NCBI GenBank assembly: GCA_021798415.1
Contig: JAJZGO010000003.1
Coordinates: 1 to 52,061 of the forward strand
Length of the DNA: 52,061 nucleotides
Reading direction: 5' to 3'
Source of the DNA: Thermoplasmata archaeon
GTDB lineage: Archaea; Thermoplasmatota; Thermoplasmata; Lutacidiplasmatales; UBA184
In this document: piece by piece, positions 16,203-25,823 of the stretch
Position numbering within the stretch: the first letter of the stretch is position 1
Layout of the letters: each line of letters opens with the position of its first letter
Translations under genes and position numbers: made by a program
The notes under the pieces: generated by a model
The model's input: only the letters and a program-made list of their open reading frames with translations
Databases searched by the model: none
Told to the model about the DNA's origin: nothing

Positions 16203-16845
16203 AGCTTCCCTCGTCCACGCCCCCGCCACGGCCCGCTCGGGTCCGACCGCCAGGTACGCGAAGAACGCACCCGGGCGGAGCGCGGACGCGTGGGGTCGGT
16301 ACGCCGGTCGGCAGTGCCCGCGTTGAAGTTCGCGAAGGCCCCCGCGCTTACCAACAAGATGGGGCTGACCAAGGTGACGATACCTCCGCCCATCCCTGAC
16401 CGGGTCCTCGCTTGGTGGTGGAGCATCGTTCCGCCTCGCTCCGAGAGGAGGAAGGTGCGCGTGCGGCCGGCTCGTGGACCCGACACGGGGGCCTCTTCGG
16501 CGAGGGGTACGCCTTCGGGATAGCGGCCGCCCCGTGTACCCCGACTTCCCCGTGACCGTCGTACGACACGACGAGGTTGTCAACGGGACCTTTTCGATCC
16601 CACCCTCTGCCTCCGGGACTCCGTCTCGGAATCGCGCCCCGGTCGCCTCCCTCCGCGCGCAGGACCGGGCCGACCGTCGCCGGTCGCACTCAGAACTCCC
16701 TCGACGAGCTCCGACGTGACCGCCACGTTCTCGCGCGCGGCCCGGTGAAGCGGTTCAGGGTCCCATGGGCCCGTCTCCGGACGACCGTTGCGGAACGGCG
16801 GAGGTCGCGACTCCCTTACCCGACGACCCCGAGTGGGATGGGGGG

Positions 16846-18339
16846 CTACACGACGAGGAGGAGGTGGTACGGTGCCAGGTTGTCCCCTTCCGAAAGCACC
16901 AGCGATGGCGTTCGGGGGTCGAGCCCTTGAACGAAGATCCGCCCTTCGCGGGAGAGCAGTCGAAGGCGCGTGCGCGCCATCGACCGGAGCGACTGGGTGA
17001 GCGGATCGTCCTCGGCCCCGACCCAGATCGTGTGGACGGGGGACTGGTGAAGGTAGGTGAGCGCCATGCCCGGGAGCGTGTCGGCGTTGTAGGTGCCCGG
17101 CACCAGCGAATTGATGGACTTCAAGCCCGAGATCCAAACGAGCGCGAGGTTCGGAGTCTCCGGGTTCGCGTTCTCGCTCAAGAACCTCGCGGCCTCGGGG
17201 GTTCGGGGATTGTAGCCGTCCACGTTCCCGGACGGGAGCGGGAGCATCGCGGCGGCGAGGTCTTCCGATTCGTCGCGGGCCAGCATGCCGAGGATCCGCA
17301 CCTGACGGAGGAACGCTTCCTTTGGGACGCGTTCCTTGTAGAGGTCCCACACGTCGACCGGATGGATCCCGGGCGGGGGCACGAGAAAGATGCGGCCCCC
17401 CCGTTGGAACACGTGGCTCTGGATCGGATTCAGCAGCAGGTTCACGGCGGCCAGGGGAACCTCGGCATCGTGTTCGATGAGCGTCAGTTTGCGGACGGGA
17501 AGCCATCCGAAGAACGACGCGTAGTCGGCCGAGCCTGGCCAGATCTGGCCCGGCGAGCGACCGGGCTCCGGGTCGACGCGGCCGAAGGAGGGGATCGCGT
17601 TGGTCTGCAGCGGCGTGATGCACCGGAATCGGCCCCCTTCGAGCGAGAAGGGATACGACGGATGCGTGGTCCGCGTCCCCCGCAGCTTGTCGATGCGCAG
17701 CCAGCGCTCGGTCCGGTCGTTTCGGGTCTCCCGCTCCATCGTCACCACCCCGTTGACGAGATACTCGAGCTGGCCGGCTTCGCGGTGCTCCACGACGAAC
17801 ACGAGGAAGACCGGCCCCTCGGCCATCTGAGCGAGCGCGATCCGCTCGATCTCCTCGCGCGAGGATAGACCGTCGTCGGCCCGCTCCTCGCGCCCGACAT
17901 GCCGTTCGACGAGCGCATCCCACGAGTCGAGCACGATCAGGGTTCGCGTCGCGGGAGAGGTCTGGCTCCAGGCCTCCAGAACTTCGGGAGGCAACAGGAG
18001 CGCGCGGAGACTTCGGCTCCGGTCGTCGGTGGCGATCAGCGCTCGGGAGGCTCCCAGCGCTTGAGCGGCCGAGCGGAGGTCGTGCTCCGTGGCGGTCGGT
18101 TCCACCACCGACACGGGCCCGGACTTCTCCACGTTGCGAAGGTAGGGAAAGTCGAGGTCGAGATCGGCCCGACGCACCCGGCTCGAAACGTAGATCCGCC
18201 GACCGGGGAACGCTTGGAGGAGCGAGAGCGCCAGCATCGTCTTCCCCGTCCCGGGAGCCCCTCGCACCAGAAGCGCCTGGGGAACCGGGCGATTCAGGAA
18301 GTGAACCAACTCGGCCGGAAGGTCGAGAGTCCCTCCCAT
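16846..18339 (-). CDS. GvpD-like / KaiC-RAD55 family P-loop ATPase (active N-terminal domain plus degenerate second RecA-like domain)
   Basis: LLVRGAPGTGKTMLA, LIVLDSWD, LEYLVNGVVTM, WLRIDKLRG, YPFSLEGGRF; CTTAAA box upstream; 497 aa. Confidence 0.8.
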   Translation of the reverse strand: MGGTLDLPAELVHFLNRPVPQALLVRGAPGTGKTMLALSLLQAFPGRRIYVSSRVRRADLDLDFPYLRNVEKSGPVSVVEPTATEHDLRSAAQALGASRALIATDDRSRSLRALLLPPEVLEAWSQTSPATRTLIVLDSWDALVERHVGREERADDGLSSREEIERIALAQMAEGPVFLVFVVEHREAGQLEYLVNGVVTMERETRNDRTERWLRIDKLRGTRTTHPSYPFSLEGGRFRCITPLQTNAIPSFGRVDPEPGRSPGQIWPGSADYASFFGWLPVRKLTLIEHDAEVPLAAVNLLLNPIQSHVFQRGGRIFLVPPPGIHPVDVWDLYKERVPKEAFLRQVRILGMLARDESEDLAAAMLPLPSGNVDGYNPRTPEAARFLSENANPETPNLALVWISGLKSINSLVPGTYNADTLPGMALTYLHQSPVHTIWVGAEDDPLTQSLRSMARTRLRLLSREGRIFVQGLDPRTPSLVLSEGDNLAPYHLLLVV

Positions 18340-19336
18340 GAACCCTCGCCGGCACGGGTATGCCGGCCCGGGCGGTTTAAGCTTTTCGAGGGAAGGCTCC
18401 GCGACTCCTCGAATCGCTCGGCGCGGGACCGCAGCGGGGGCAGAGCGGGCTCGGCCTGCCGGGGGCCCCTGCGGCCTTCCACCTCGCCGGTTTCGTCGCG
18501 GGGAGCGATGCTCGCCCGCAAGGTCATCGACCCCGACCTCCGGCCCGACGGGGGTTACTCTCCGAAACTGCACCGCAAGACCCCGAACCCCGCCCGGGAT
18601 ACCGCTGGTTTCCGCCGGTCACGCCGCAGGAGGTCCACAACGCCGGGCGTCGTGGCGACGACCGCGCACGCTGCCTTCACCCGCGCGCGCGTCTCGCAAA
18701 CCCCACGTGGTGTGACCCCGTCGTCCTCCCCCCGGACCGGGGCCGCCCACCCGTGACCCCGGACGCGACGAAGCTCCCCGTCGAGGCAGCGACCTCCTCT
18801 GCGCCCTCGCCCCCCCCGGCGCCCAGAGCGCCGGCGGTCACGGCGAACGGTCGGATCGGGCGAGCGCCGGAGGCGATCGTTCGCGTCGTGCGCGCGCAGC
18901 GGAGTACCTGACCGAGATCACGACGCCGGCCCGCGGAGGTCGCCGGGACGCCCGTCCGTGCCCGCTCGCGGATTGGGGGTCGTGCCCAGGGGGTGTCAAC
19001 CGGAGCCGCGGGACGACGGCTTGAGAAGGAGCTCCCGGCGCTCTCCTTCCCCCGCTCCTCCGCCGAGCCGGTAGAGCGAACCGATCGAACAACCCCCCAC
19101 ACGTTGAGGAAGAGTTCGGCGCCTCGTGGTGAGCCCTCCGACGCCCTCACTACGTCGCACCCCCAGTCTGCAGCACCGGAGCGCTCCCGCGGGGAGCCCC
19201 GACCCGGCGGTTCGTGCCACCGGCGACATGATTGAAGAGGAGGAAGTCGAGGCGGCGGGTCCGAGGACGGTCCGGCGTTACCGGACGCGAAAGGGCCAAG
19301 CCATGCCCTCCTCTTCGGTCGGGACCTCGACCCACC

Positions 19337-20383
19337 ATGCCGTCCGACACGATGGCCCTGGAAACCCGCGATCTAGGGTACTCCTACGCGCCCGGAAGGT
19401 TCGCCGTCCGGCACCTCTCGCTGAACCTGCGTCGAGGAGAAGTCCTGGGCCTTCTCGGCCGCAACGGCGCGGGAAAGACGACCACCGTCCGGCTGCTCAC
19501 GACGCTCCTCCCGCCCACGGAGGGAACGGCGACCGTATTGGGTCAGGACCTTCGCACGGGCGGGCGGGACCTCCGAGCGCGCCTCGGGGTGGTGCTGCAG
19601 TCGGAGTCGCTCGATTTCGTCACGGTCGAGAAGAACCTCACGCTGTACGCGTTCCTCTGGGGCGTCGCGCGGGAGACCGCCAAGACCCGCGCCGAGGAGA
19701 TGATCGAGCTCTTCGAACTGGAGCAGGCCCGGCGCCGCAAGCCCTGGGCCCTGTCGGGCGGGGAACGACGCCGCTTCCAGGTGGCCCGGGAGCTCATGCA
19801 CGACATGGAGATCCTCTTTCTCGACGAGCCCACCGTCGGACTCGACGCGATCGCGCGCCGACGGATCCTCCGCTACCTCCGAGAACGGGCCCGCGGCGGC
19901 CTCTCGATCGTGTTCACCACGCACATCCTCCACGAGGCGGACATGCTCTGCGACCGGATCGCGGTGCTCCACACGGGCCGGCTCATCGCCCTCGACACCG
20001 CCGACGCGCTCAAGCAAAAGCACGGTGGCGCGCGGGAGGTCTCGGTGACCTTCGATTCGGTGCTCGCGCCGGGACTCCGTGGGGAGCTCACGCAGGCGCT
20101 CGCGTCCCGGGGCGCCCTCCTTCTCGAACCGGAGGACCCCGACACCGCGGCGACCAAGGTCGCGTTCCGGGCGAGCGCGGCCGAGGAGCTCCTCCCGTGG
20201 CTCAGCCACTGGGCGCAGACCCACGCGCTCGGATTCGAACGACTGGCGGTGGAGGAAGCCACCCTCGAAGGCGTCTTCCTCGGCATGGTCGGAGGCGCCG
20301 ACGGTGAGGAGAATGCCCCGGCCAAGGTGGGGGACCCCGCCAACCGCACGCTCCCGCCGGGTGGCGTCGAGGGACTGACGTGA
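19337..20383 (+). CDS. ABC-2 type exporter ATP-binding protein (DrrA-like)
   Basis: GRNGAGKTT, LSGGERRR, LFLDEPTVGLD, FTTHILHEA; C-terminal ATLEGVFL. Confidence 0.92.
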   Translation: MPSDTMALETRDLGYSYAPGRFAVRHLSLNLRRGEVLGLLGRNGAGKTTTVRLLTTLLPPTEGTATVLGQDLRTGGRDLRARLGVVLQSESLDFVTVEKNLTLYAFLWGVARETAKTRAEEMIELFELEQARRRKPWALSGGERRRFQVARELMHDMEILFLDEPTVGLDAIARRRILRYLRERARGGLSIVFTTHILHEADMLCDRIAVLHTGRLIALDTADALKQKHGGAREVSVTFDSVLAPGLRGELTQALASRGALLLEPEDPDTAATKVAFRASAAEELLPWLSHWAQTHALGFERLAVEEATLEGVFLGMVGGADGEENAPAKVGDPANRTLPPGGVEGLT

Positions 20384-21153
20384 GGATCCCGCCGGTGCTC
20401 CGGCTCGTGGTCCGGAACTTCGCCTCGAACCTCGACCCCCTTACGGTGATCATCCGCTTCGGCCAGCCGGCCGTAACGATCGTCGTGCTGGGCACGATGT
20501 TCAGCTCGATCATCTCCTCGTCCGTGACCGGCGGGAGCTCCTACACGTCGTTCCTCGTCCCCGGCATGATCGCCTTCCAGATGATCACGGGCGGCGTGGT
20601 CTCGGGCAACCTGTTCTGGCTCGATCGACGCTGGGCCATGGTCGAACAGATCTTCTCCGGGCCGTTCCTGCGCTCGGAGTACCTGGGCGGACTCGTGCTC
20701 ACGACGCTCCTCTTCTCGCTCGTGGGGGTCGGCGTCATGATGCTGGTCGGGCTGCCGTTCATCGGGCTCCCCTCGCTCTCCCTGCTCGGAGTGGGCACGG
20801 TCCTCCTCACCGTGGCGCTCGGAAGCGTCTTCTTCGCCGGGCTATTGATCGCGCTCGGTACCCGGCTCCGCTCGGCGAACGCCTACTTCACGATCCAGTC
20901 GTTCCTTCAGCTGTTCGTCATCTTCCTCTCGACCGTCTACTACCCCATCACGCCGAGGACCCCGAAGGTGCTCGCGGCGGTCTTCTACGGCAATCCGCTC
21001 ACGTACGCCGCCGACACGATCCGAGATGCGTTCGCGGGCACGCTCGGCGGCGGGGACCTCGTGTCCCTGGGCATCCTCGCCCTGCTGGCCGCCGCCGCGT
21101 TCGCCGCGGCCATCTGGGGCTTCCGGGCCATGGATCTCGGGCCGATCCAATGA
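20380..21153 (+). CDS. ABC-2 type exporter permease
   Basis: GTGA overlap with the ATPase; six TM; YTSFLVPGMI, FLSTVYYP, NPLTYAADTIR. Confidence 0.9.
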   Translation: MRIPPVLRLVVRNFASNLDPLTVIIRFGQPAVTIVVLGTMFSSIISSSVTGGSSYTSFLVPGMIAFQMITGGVVSGNLFWLDRRWAMVEQIFSGPFLRSEYLGGLVLTTLLFSLVGVGVMMLVGLPFIGLPSLSLLGVGTVLLTVALGSVFFAGLLIALGTRLRSANAYFTIQSFLQLFVIFLSTVYYPITPRTPKVLAAVFYGNPLTYAADTIRDAFAGTLGGGDLVSLGILALLAAAAFAAAIWGFRAMDLGPIQ

Positions 21154-21229
21154 GGGGGCGAACGAGGACCGGCCGAGCGAGCCGGTCCGGGAGGGAGGCG
21201 CGCCGGTCGGCCGAGGTGGGCGCGAACGC

Positions 21230-21697
21230 TCAGAGCCCCAGATCGCTCAAACCGGGGTGGTCGTCCGGTCGGCGTCCGAGCGGCCAGCGATACCTTCGCT
21301 CGGATTCCCGTATGGGGAGGTCGTTGATGCTGGCCAGGCGCAGGCGCATCCGGCCGTCGTCGTCGAACTCCCAGTTCTCGTTGCCGTACGAACGGAACCA
21401 GTTCCCGGCGTCGTCGTGCCACTCGTAGGCGAAACGCACGGCGATGCGGTTGCCCTCGAACGCCCAGAGTTCCTTGATGAGACGGTACTCGAGCTCCTTC
21501 GCCCACTTCCGCTCGAGGAAGGCCACGATCTCCCGCGTTCCGTGGACGAACTCCGAGCGGTTTCGCCACCTCGAGTCCGGCGTGTAGGCCAGCGAGACCT
21601 TCTCTGGATCGCGAGAATTCCAGGCGTCCTCCGCGAGACGGACCTTCTGAGCGGCCGTCTCCCGCGTGAACGGTGGTACCGGAGGACGCGCCGACAC
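21230..21697 (-). CDS. DUF1348 / SnoaL-NTF2-like family protein
   Basis: [66 protein letters not shown]; SD GGAG before GTG. Confidence 0.9.
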   Translation of the reverse strand: MSARPPVPPFTRETAAQKVRLAEDAWNSRDPEKVSLAYTPDSRWRNRSEFVHGTREIVAFLERKWAKELEYRLIKELWAFEGNRIAVRFAYEWHDDAGNWFRSYGNENWEFDDDGRMRLRLASINDLPIRESERRYRWPLGRRPDDHPGLSDLGL

Positions 21698-22183
21698 GGA
21701 GGCTCCTTCGTCCGTAGGCACCCACCCGATTTTTAGCTCGATGGTCCCGTCGAGGGCGGGCGCCGGTAGCATCCGCCTCGGATCGCGCGCTCCCCTCGGC
21801 CATCGACACGGAGCGGGCGCAAAGGCCCGCCGAACGCCCCATCGACCCGAGAGAGGGCCGTTCGGAGGGCCGTTCGACCTTGCCCGTTCGGTAGGCGCCC
21901 ACGGTTTCACGGTACATCGAGCGACCGCCACCGGGTGGGGAGGGTGCGGTCCTCCGCGGCCGGCCGAGGCTCGCTAAGGGCCGACCACGGGATTGAAGGC
22001 ACCCGGGACCATCCGAACCCGAACCACGATGAGCGCAGAGCCCGCACGCGGAGGGAGAGGAGCCCGGCGCGCCGTGGTCGCCGCTGACCCGGCGATCCGG
22101 ACCCACCGTAGATCTCTCTCGGTGGCTCAGCACGCCGTGGGCGCCCGGCCCGGGCGGGCGGGCCGGCCGTGCGCGCCCTCCTC

Positions 22184-23416
22184 ATGAGCGACGTCGCATC
22201 CCTCGCACGGAATCCTCGCTTCGTTCGTCTGTGGACCGCGCGGGTCGTCTCCCGGTTCGGCTCCGCCCTGTCGTACGTCGTGCTCCTCTGGCTCACGTTC
22301 GCGGAGACCCACTCGGCCCTCGCGGTCGCCTACGTGGGCGTCGCCGGGTTCGTGCCCACGGTGGCCCTCGGCCTCTTTTCGGGCGCCCTGGTGGACCGGT
22401 TCGACCGACGGCGGGTCATCGTTCTTTCTACACTCGGGCGGGGCGTGGCGATGGGAGCGCTCGTGCTCTCTCTCGAGTGGCTCGGGTTCCGCCTCCCGGT
22501 CGTGCTCCTCGCCTCCGTGGTCTTCTCGGTGTGCGCTACGTTCTTCGGTCCGGGGAGCCAAGCACTACTTCCCGAGCTCGTTCCGCGGGCGTCCCTCGCC
22601 GATGCGAACGGCCTCTTCGAGTCGACCGAGTCGATGTTCGGGATCGCCGGCAACGCCGCCGCTGGCGTCCTCATCGTGGCCGTCGGCGCGACCCCGAGCC
22701 TGGGGATCGACGCCGTCGCGTACTTCGTCGCGGCGCTCTTCATCGGTCTGATCGCCGTGAGCGCGACGTCGCCCGGGCGGACGGATCGCTCGGAACCTCT
22801 GGTCCGCCAGGTCCGGGAGGGGCTGAGCTACCTGCGGCACGCGGTCGGACTCCTCGAGCTCACGGTCGCCGCGCTCGTCCTCAACTTCCTGTTCGCGTTC
22901 GTCCTGACGTTCCTCGTGGTGTACTCGACCCAGCTGCTCCACGGAGGGGCCCTCGTCTACGCGGCCCTCGAAGCCCTCCTCGCGGCGGGGTGGGGCGCGG
23001 GCGGACTGCTGGTCGGTCGGTTCGGTCTGACGAGGTACACGGGTCGGATCCAGACGTACTCCGCCTTCGCGCAGGGCGGCGTCATCCTCGCGCTCGTCGC
23101 GGGACCGACCGTGCTCGTCGCCCTACCCGTGTTCTTCGTCGCCGGGATCATGCAGGGGATCGTCAACGTCAGCTGGCTGAGCACCGTGCAGGCGATCGTC
23201 CCCGAACGGCTCCAGGGGAGATACTTCGCGACCGACAACATGGTGAGCTTCGCGGCGATCCCGGCCGCGCAGATCCTGGGCGGCGTCCTGATCGTCGTGA
23301 GCGGACTTCCCGATACGTTCCTGGCGGCGGGCATCGGCTCCATCGCCACGGGCGCTGTGCTCCTCCGCTTCCGGGAGCTGCAGCGCGTCCGCTACGATGC
23401 CCGCGCACCGGACTAG
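22184..23416 (+). CDS. MFS transporter (DHA3/macrolide-efflux-like)
   Basis: About 12 TM; GALVDRFDRRRV motif A, ANGLFES, LQGRYFA; alternative GTG start at 22169. Confidence 0.9.
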   Translation: MSDVASLARNPRFVRLWTARVVSRFGSALSYVVLLWLTFAETHSALAVAYVGVAGFVPTVALGLFSGALVDRFDRRRVIVLSTLGRGVAMGALVLSLEWLGFRLPVVLLASVVFSVCATFFGPGSQALLPELVPRASLADANGLFESTESMFGIAGNAAAGVLIVAVGATPSLGIDAVAYFVAALFIGLIAVSATSPGRTDRSEPLVRQVREGLSYLRHAVGLLELTVAALVLNFLFAFVLTFLVVYSTQLLHGGALVYAALEALLAAGWGAGGLLVGRFGLTRYTGRIQTYSAFAQGGVILALVAGPTVLVALPVFFVAGIMQGIVNVSWLSTVQAIVPERLQGRYFATDNMVSFAAIPAAQILGGVLIVVSGLPDTFLAAGIGSIATGAVLLRFRELQRVRYDARAPD

Positions 23417-23657
23417 GTGCGTGGGGACGCTCCCGGAAAACGGTGGTCAGGGGCACCGGCCGGCCCGCAGCCCGATCGGAGCGCCAGAGGGACCCGCCGA
23501 AACCGCGTCCGTACGGAGGCGGGTTTCCTCCGGCCCGAGCCGCGCGCCGGGATGGGGCGATCGCGACGTTCGCCCTCGATCTCCAAGGCGGGACGCCCCC
23601 ACGAGGCCCGTTACCAAATACAGTAACCCTTTAATTCGACCGGGCCATGGAGCGGAC

Positions 23658-23996
23658 ATGTTCAGCCCTCGCGAGCGAGATTACCTGCGCCTCCTGGCCG
23701 AGCCCCCGGCTCTAGGGCTCGAACTCGGCATCGCCTTCCCGAACCCCGTCTATCGTCGCAAGCTCTCGTGGGGGATCCGCCGCAAGGTCACGGCGGCTCT
23801 CCCCGACTGGGAGCTGTACGCCGCTGCCGCCGAGCGGAACGAGCGGGTCCGCGTCGTCGTCCCCCGGCCGGATCATGAGACCGTCCCGGTCTACACCGAT
23901 CCGTTCATCTCGGTGTTCCGGGCCGTGAGGGCGACCCTCGGACGGAAACCGACCGCACCTCCTCCGCCTCCCGGCCGCCGCCGGGACGAGGTGTGA
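23658..23996 (+). CDS. Hypothetical protein
   Basis: TTTAAT box 22 nt upstream of ATG; MFSPRERDYL start; GTGA overlap with the next gene. Confidence 0.6.
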   Translation: MFSPRERDYLRLLAEPPALGLELGIAFPNPVYRRKLSWGIRRKVTAALPDWELYAAAAERNERVRVVVPRPDHETVPVYTDPFISVFRAVRATLGRKPTAPPPPPGRRRDEV

Positions 23997-24298
23997 CGAT
24001 GGTGCTCTGGATCTCGCTCGTGTCGGTGCCAGTGGTCATCGTGGTCGTCCTGGTCCTGGTCTATGCCTGGACTCGAAAGTTGAACCGGCGCTCCGGACGG
24101 ACGGGCGTAGTGGAGCGCTCCCGGCTCCACTGTCCGAAGTGCGGCAAGACGTTCGACTACGAGTGGGTCCCCCTCGCGGCGGCCACGGCCGTCCGGCTGG
24201 GCTCGTCCCGCTACATGGCGTGCCCGCTTTGCCATCACTGGTCGACGTTCAACGTCGCCGGGACGGTCATCCCCGAGCCGACCCCGCCGGCTCCCTGA
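23993..24298 (+). CDS. Membrane-anchored zinc-ribbon protein
   Basis: N-terminal TM helix, then HCPKCG...RYMACPLCHHWS. Confidence 0.7.
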   Translation: MTMVLWISLVSVPVVIVVVLVLVYAWTRKLNRRSGRTGVVERSRLHCPKCGKTFDYEWVPLAAATAVRLGSSRYMACPLCHHWSTFNVAGTVIPEPTPPAP

Positions 24299-24679
24299 AC
24301 ACCGGAGCTCCTCCTGCGGAGCGGGTCCGGGCGCTCGCGTCTCCCAGCCCGGAGCGCGATGGCCCGGTCCCAGCCGCTCCCCAGGCTCCGGGAGCCCCTG
24401 CGGCCAGCGCGGGCCTGGCCCGTTCGGCCCACGGAGGGCCCCGTTATGCGACGACCGCCAGATCACGGCGGGCCGCAGCACCCTCCGAGGTCGTCTCAGC
24501 ATCGCGAGCCGACGAACGGTCCCATCCCACGCCGTCCGGCGGCCTTGGAGGAGCTTACTCCTACCGACCCGCGACATGAACCCCCGGTACCTCACGACCC
24601 GCAGCCTCCGTCGCCACCCCGTTGCTCCCCGGCCTTCGGGATCCCTCCCCCGAACCCGCCGCACCCCGGGTCGCGTCCT

Positions 24680-25144
24680 TTAGGCACGTTCGGGTCCGCC
24701 GGCGCTTGGTGGCGCGACGTCCGCTCCCGGGGTGTCGTCCCCCGTTCGATCCGGCCCACGAGACGTAAGGGCGCTCCCGGCCTCGGTGAGCCGGTAGTAG
24801 ACCCACTTCTTCCGACGGCTCGAAGAGACCAGGCCGGCGTCCTGGAGCAACCGCATGTGCTCGCTCACGGTCGCGTGCGTCACGCCGAGCGCCGCCTGGA
24901 TCTCGGACGCGCAGAGCTCCGTCCTCCGGTGGAGGAGGTTGAGGGTCAACAGGCGGGCCTCGCTCGACATCGCCCGCGCCCGTCGCAGCGCGAGCTCGAA
25001 GGCGGGCTCCTTGCGGATCTCCTCTCCCAGGGACCGGTACGCCGGCACGCCTGAATCTTCGGACGGACCGACCCGCCGGCCGAGCCGGAGGGCCAGGACC
25101 GACTCCGGCTCCGTCGCGGCCATCGTGTTGACCATGGTCGACAT
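24680..25144 (-). CDS. ArsR/SmtB family transcriptional regulator
   Basis: RAMSSEARLLTLNLL, ELCASEIQAALGVTHATVSEHMRLLQDAGLVSSSRRKKWVYYRL. Confidence 0.9.
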   Translation of the reverse strand: MSTMVNTMAATEPESVLALRLGRRVGPSEDSGVPAYRSLGEEIRKEPAFELALRRARAMSSEARLLTLNLLHRRTELCASEIQAALGVTHATVSEHMRLLQDAGLVSSSRRKKWVYYRLTEAGSALTSRGPDRTGDDTPGADVAPPSAGGPERA

Positions 25145-25149
25145 GAATA

Positions 25150-25171
25150 CATGTAGTCTACTACCTACATG
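25150..25171. promoter_or_regulatory. Inverted repeat CATGTAG-N8-CTACATG just upstream of arsR (candidate autoregulatory operator)
   Basis: Perfect 7-bp arms in an AT-rich patch 5 nt upstream of the arsR ATG. Confidence 0.55.
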
Positions 25172-25379
25172 AGTGAACTGAACGGGGCCGCCCGGGCCTC
25201 CTGACCGCGCACGTCGGACCCTCCGGCCGCCGGCCCGGTACCGGCCGGTCGATGGTGGCGGAGTGACGCCGGAGCGGCCGCGATCGGGAGGACGGTTACC
25301 CCGCGTTCCCAAGCGCCCTCCTCCTTTTGTAGTCGGCGTGGGTCGATAGAGGCAAGGACCATGGTCTGGGAGGGAGAGC

Positions 25380-25628
25380 ATGCTGGCGGATCCGATTGCC
25401 CGAGCTTACCGCACGGCCGGCTCGCTCCCCGGTGGGGTCGCTGTTAGGGAGTTCGCGGACCGCGAGTTCCCGCGCGAGGACCCCGCTTGGATCGCGTCCC
25501 AGGCACGCCGTACGGCTACCCCGTGGGTAGGCGGTCGCGCGAGTTGGGGCAGATTCCGGCGGTGGTTGGGCACCCCCGGGGGAATCGAACCGGCCCCGGA
25601 GGCCACAGCCGAGCCCGTTCCCGCGTGA
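25380..25628 (+). CDS. Hypothetical small protein
   Basis: SD GGGAGGAG before ATG; 82 aa; divergent from arsR. Confidence 0.45.
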   Translation: MLADPIARAYRTAGSLPGGVAVREFADREFPREDPAWIASQARRTATPWVGGRASWGRFRRWLGTPGGIEPAPEATAEPVPA

Positions 25629-25823
25629 GCGGGGGCGTTCGGCGTCCGGCCGCGTGGTGAAGATGCACTGCGGACCGGACGAACCTTTTCCGAGTACCGG
25701 CGGCCCGGCTGGGGTGGGCGTTTCGAATTCCCTCGTCGGGGCCTGCCCCGGACCCTCGGGCCCCGCGATCGAACGTAGAACCGGCCTCGACCGGGAAAGG
25801 TCTTCGACGCGGTGCGAGCCGGT

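Noticed and set aside
16139-16845. Short ORFs 16139-16486 (-) and 16474-16719 (+)
   Set aside because: No motifs, promoters or consistent coding signal; possibly decayed sequence.
15402-25800. Integrated island at tRNA-Glu
   Set aside because: Gene content looks accessory, but I found no integrase, transposase or direct repeat of the tRNA 3' end.
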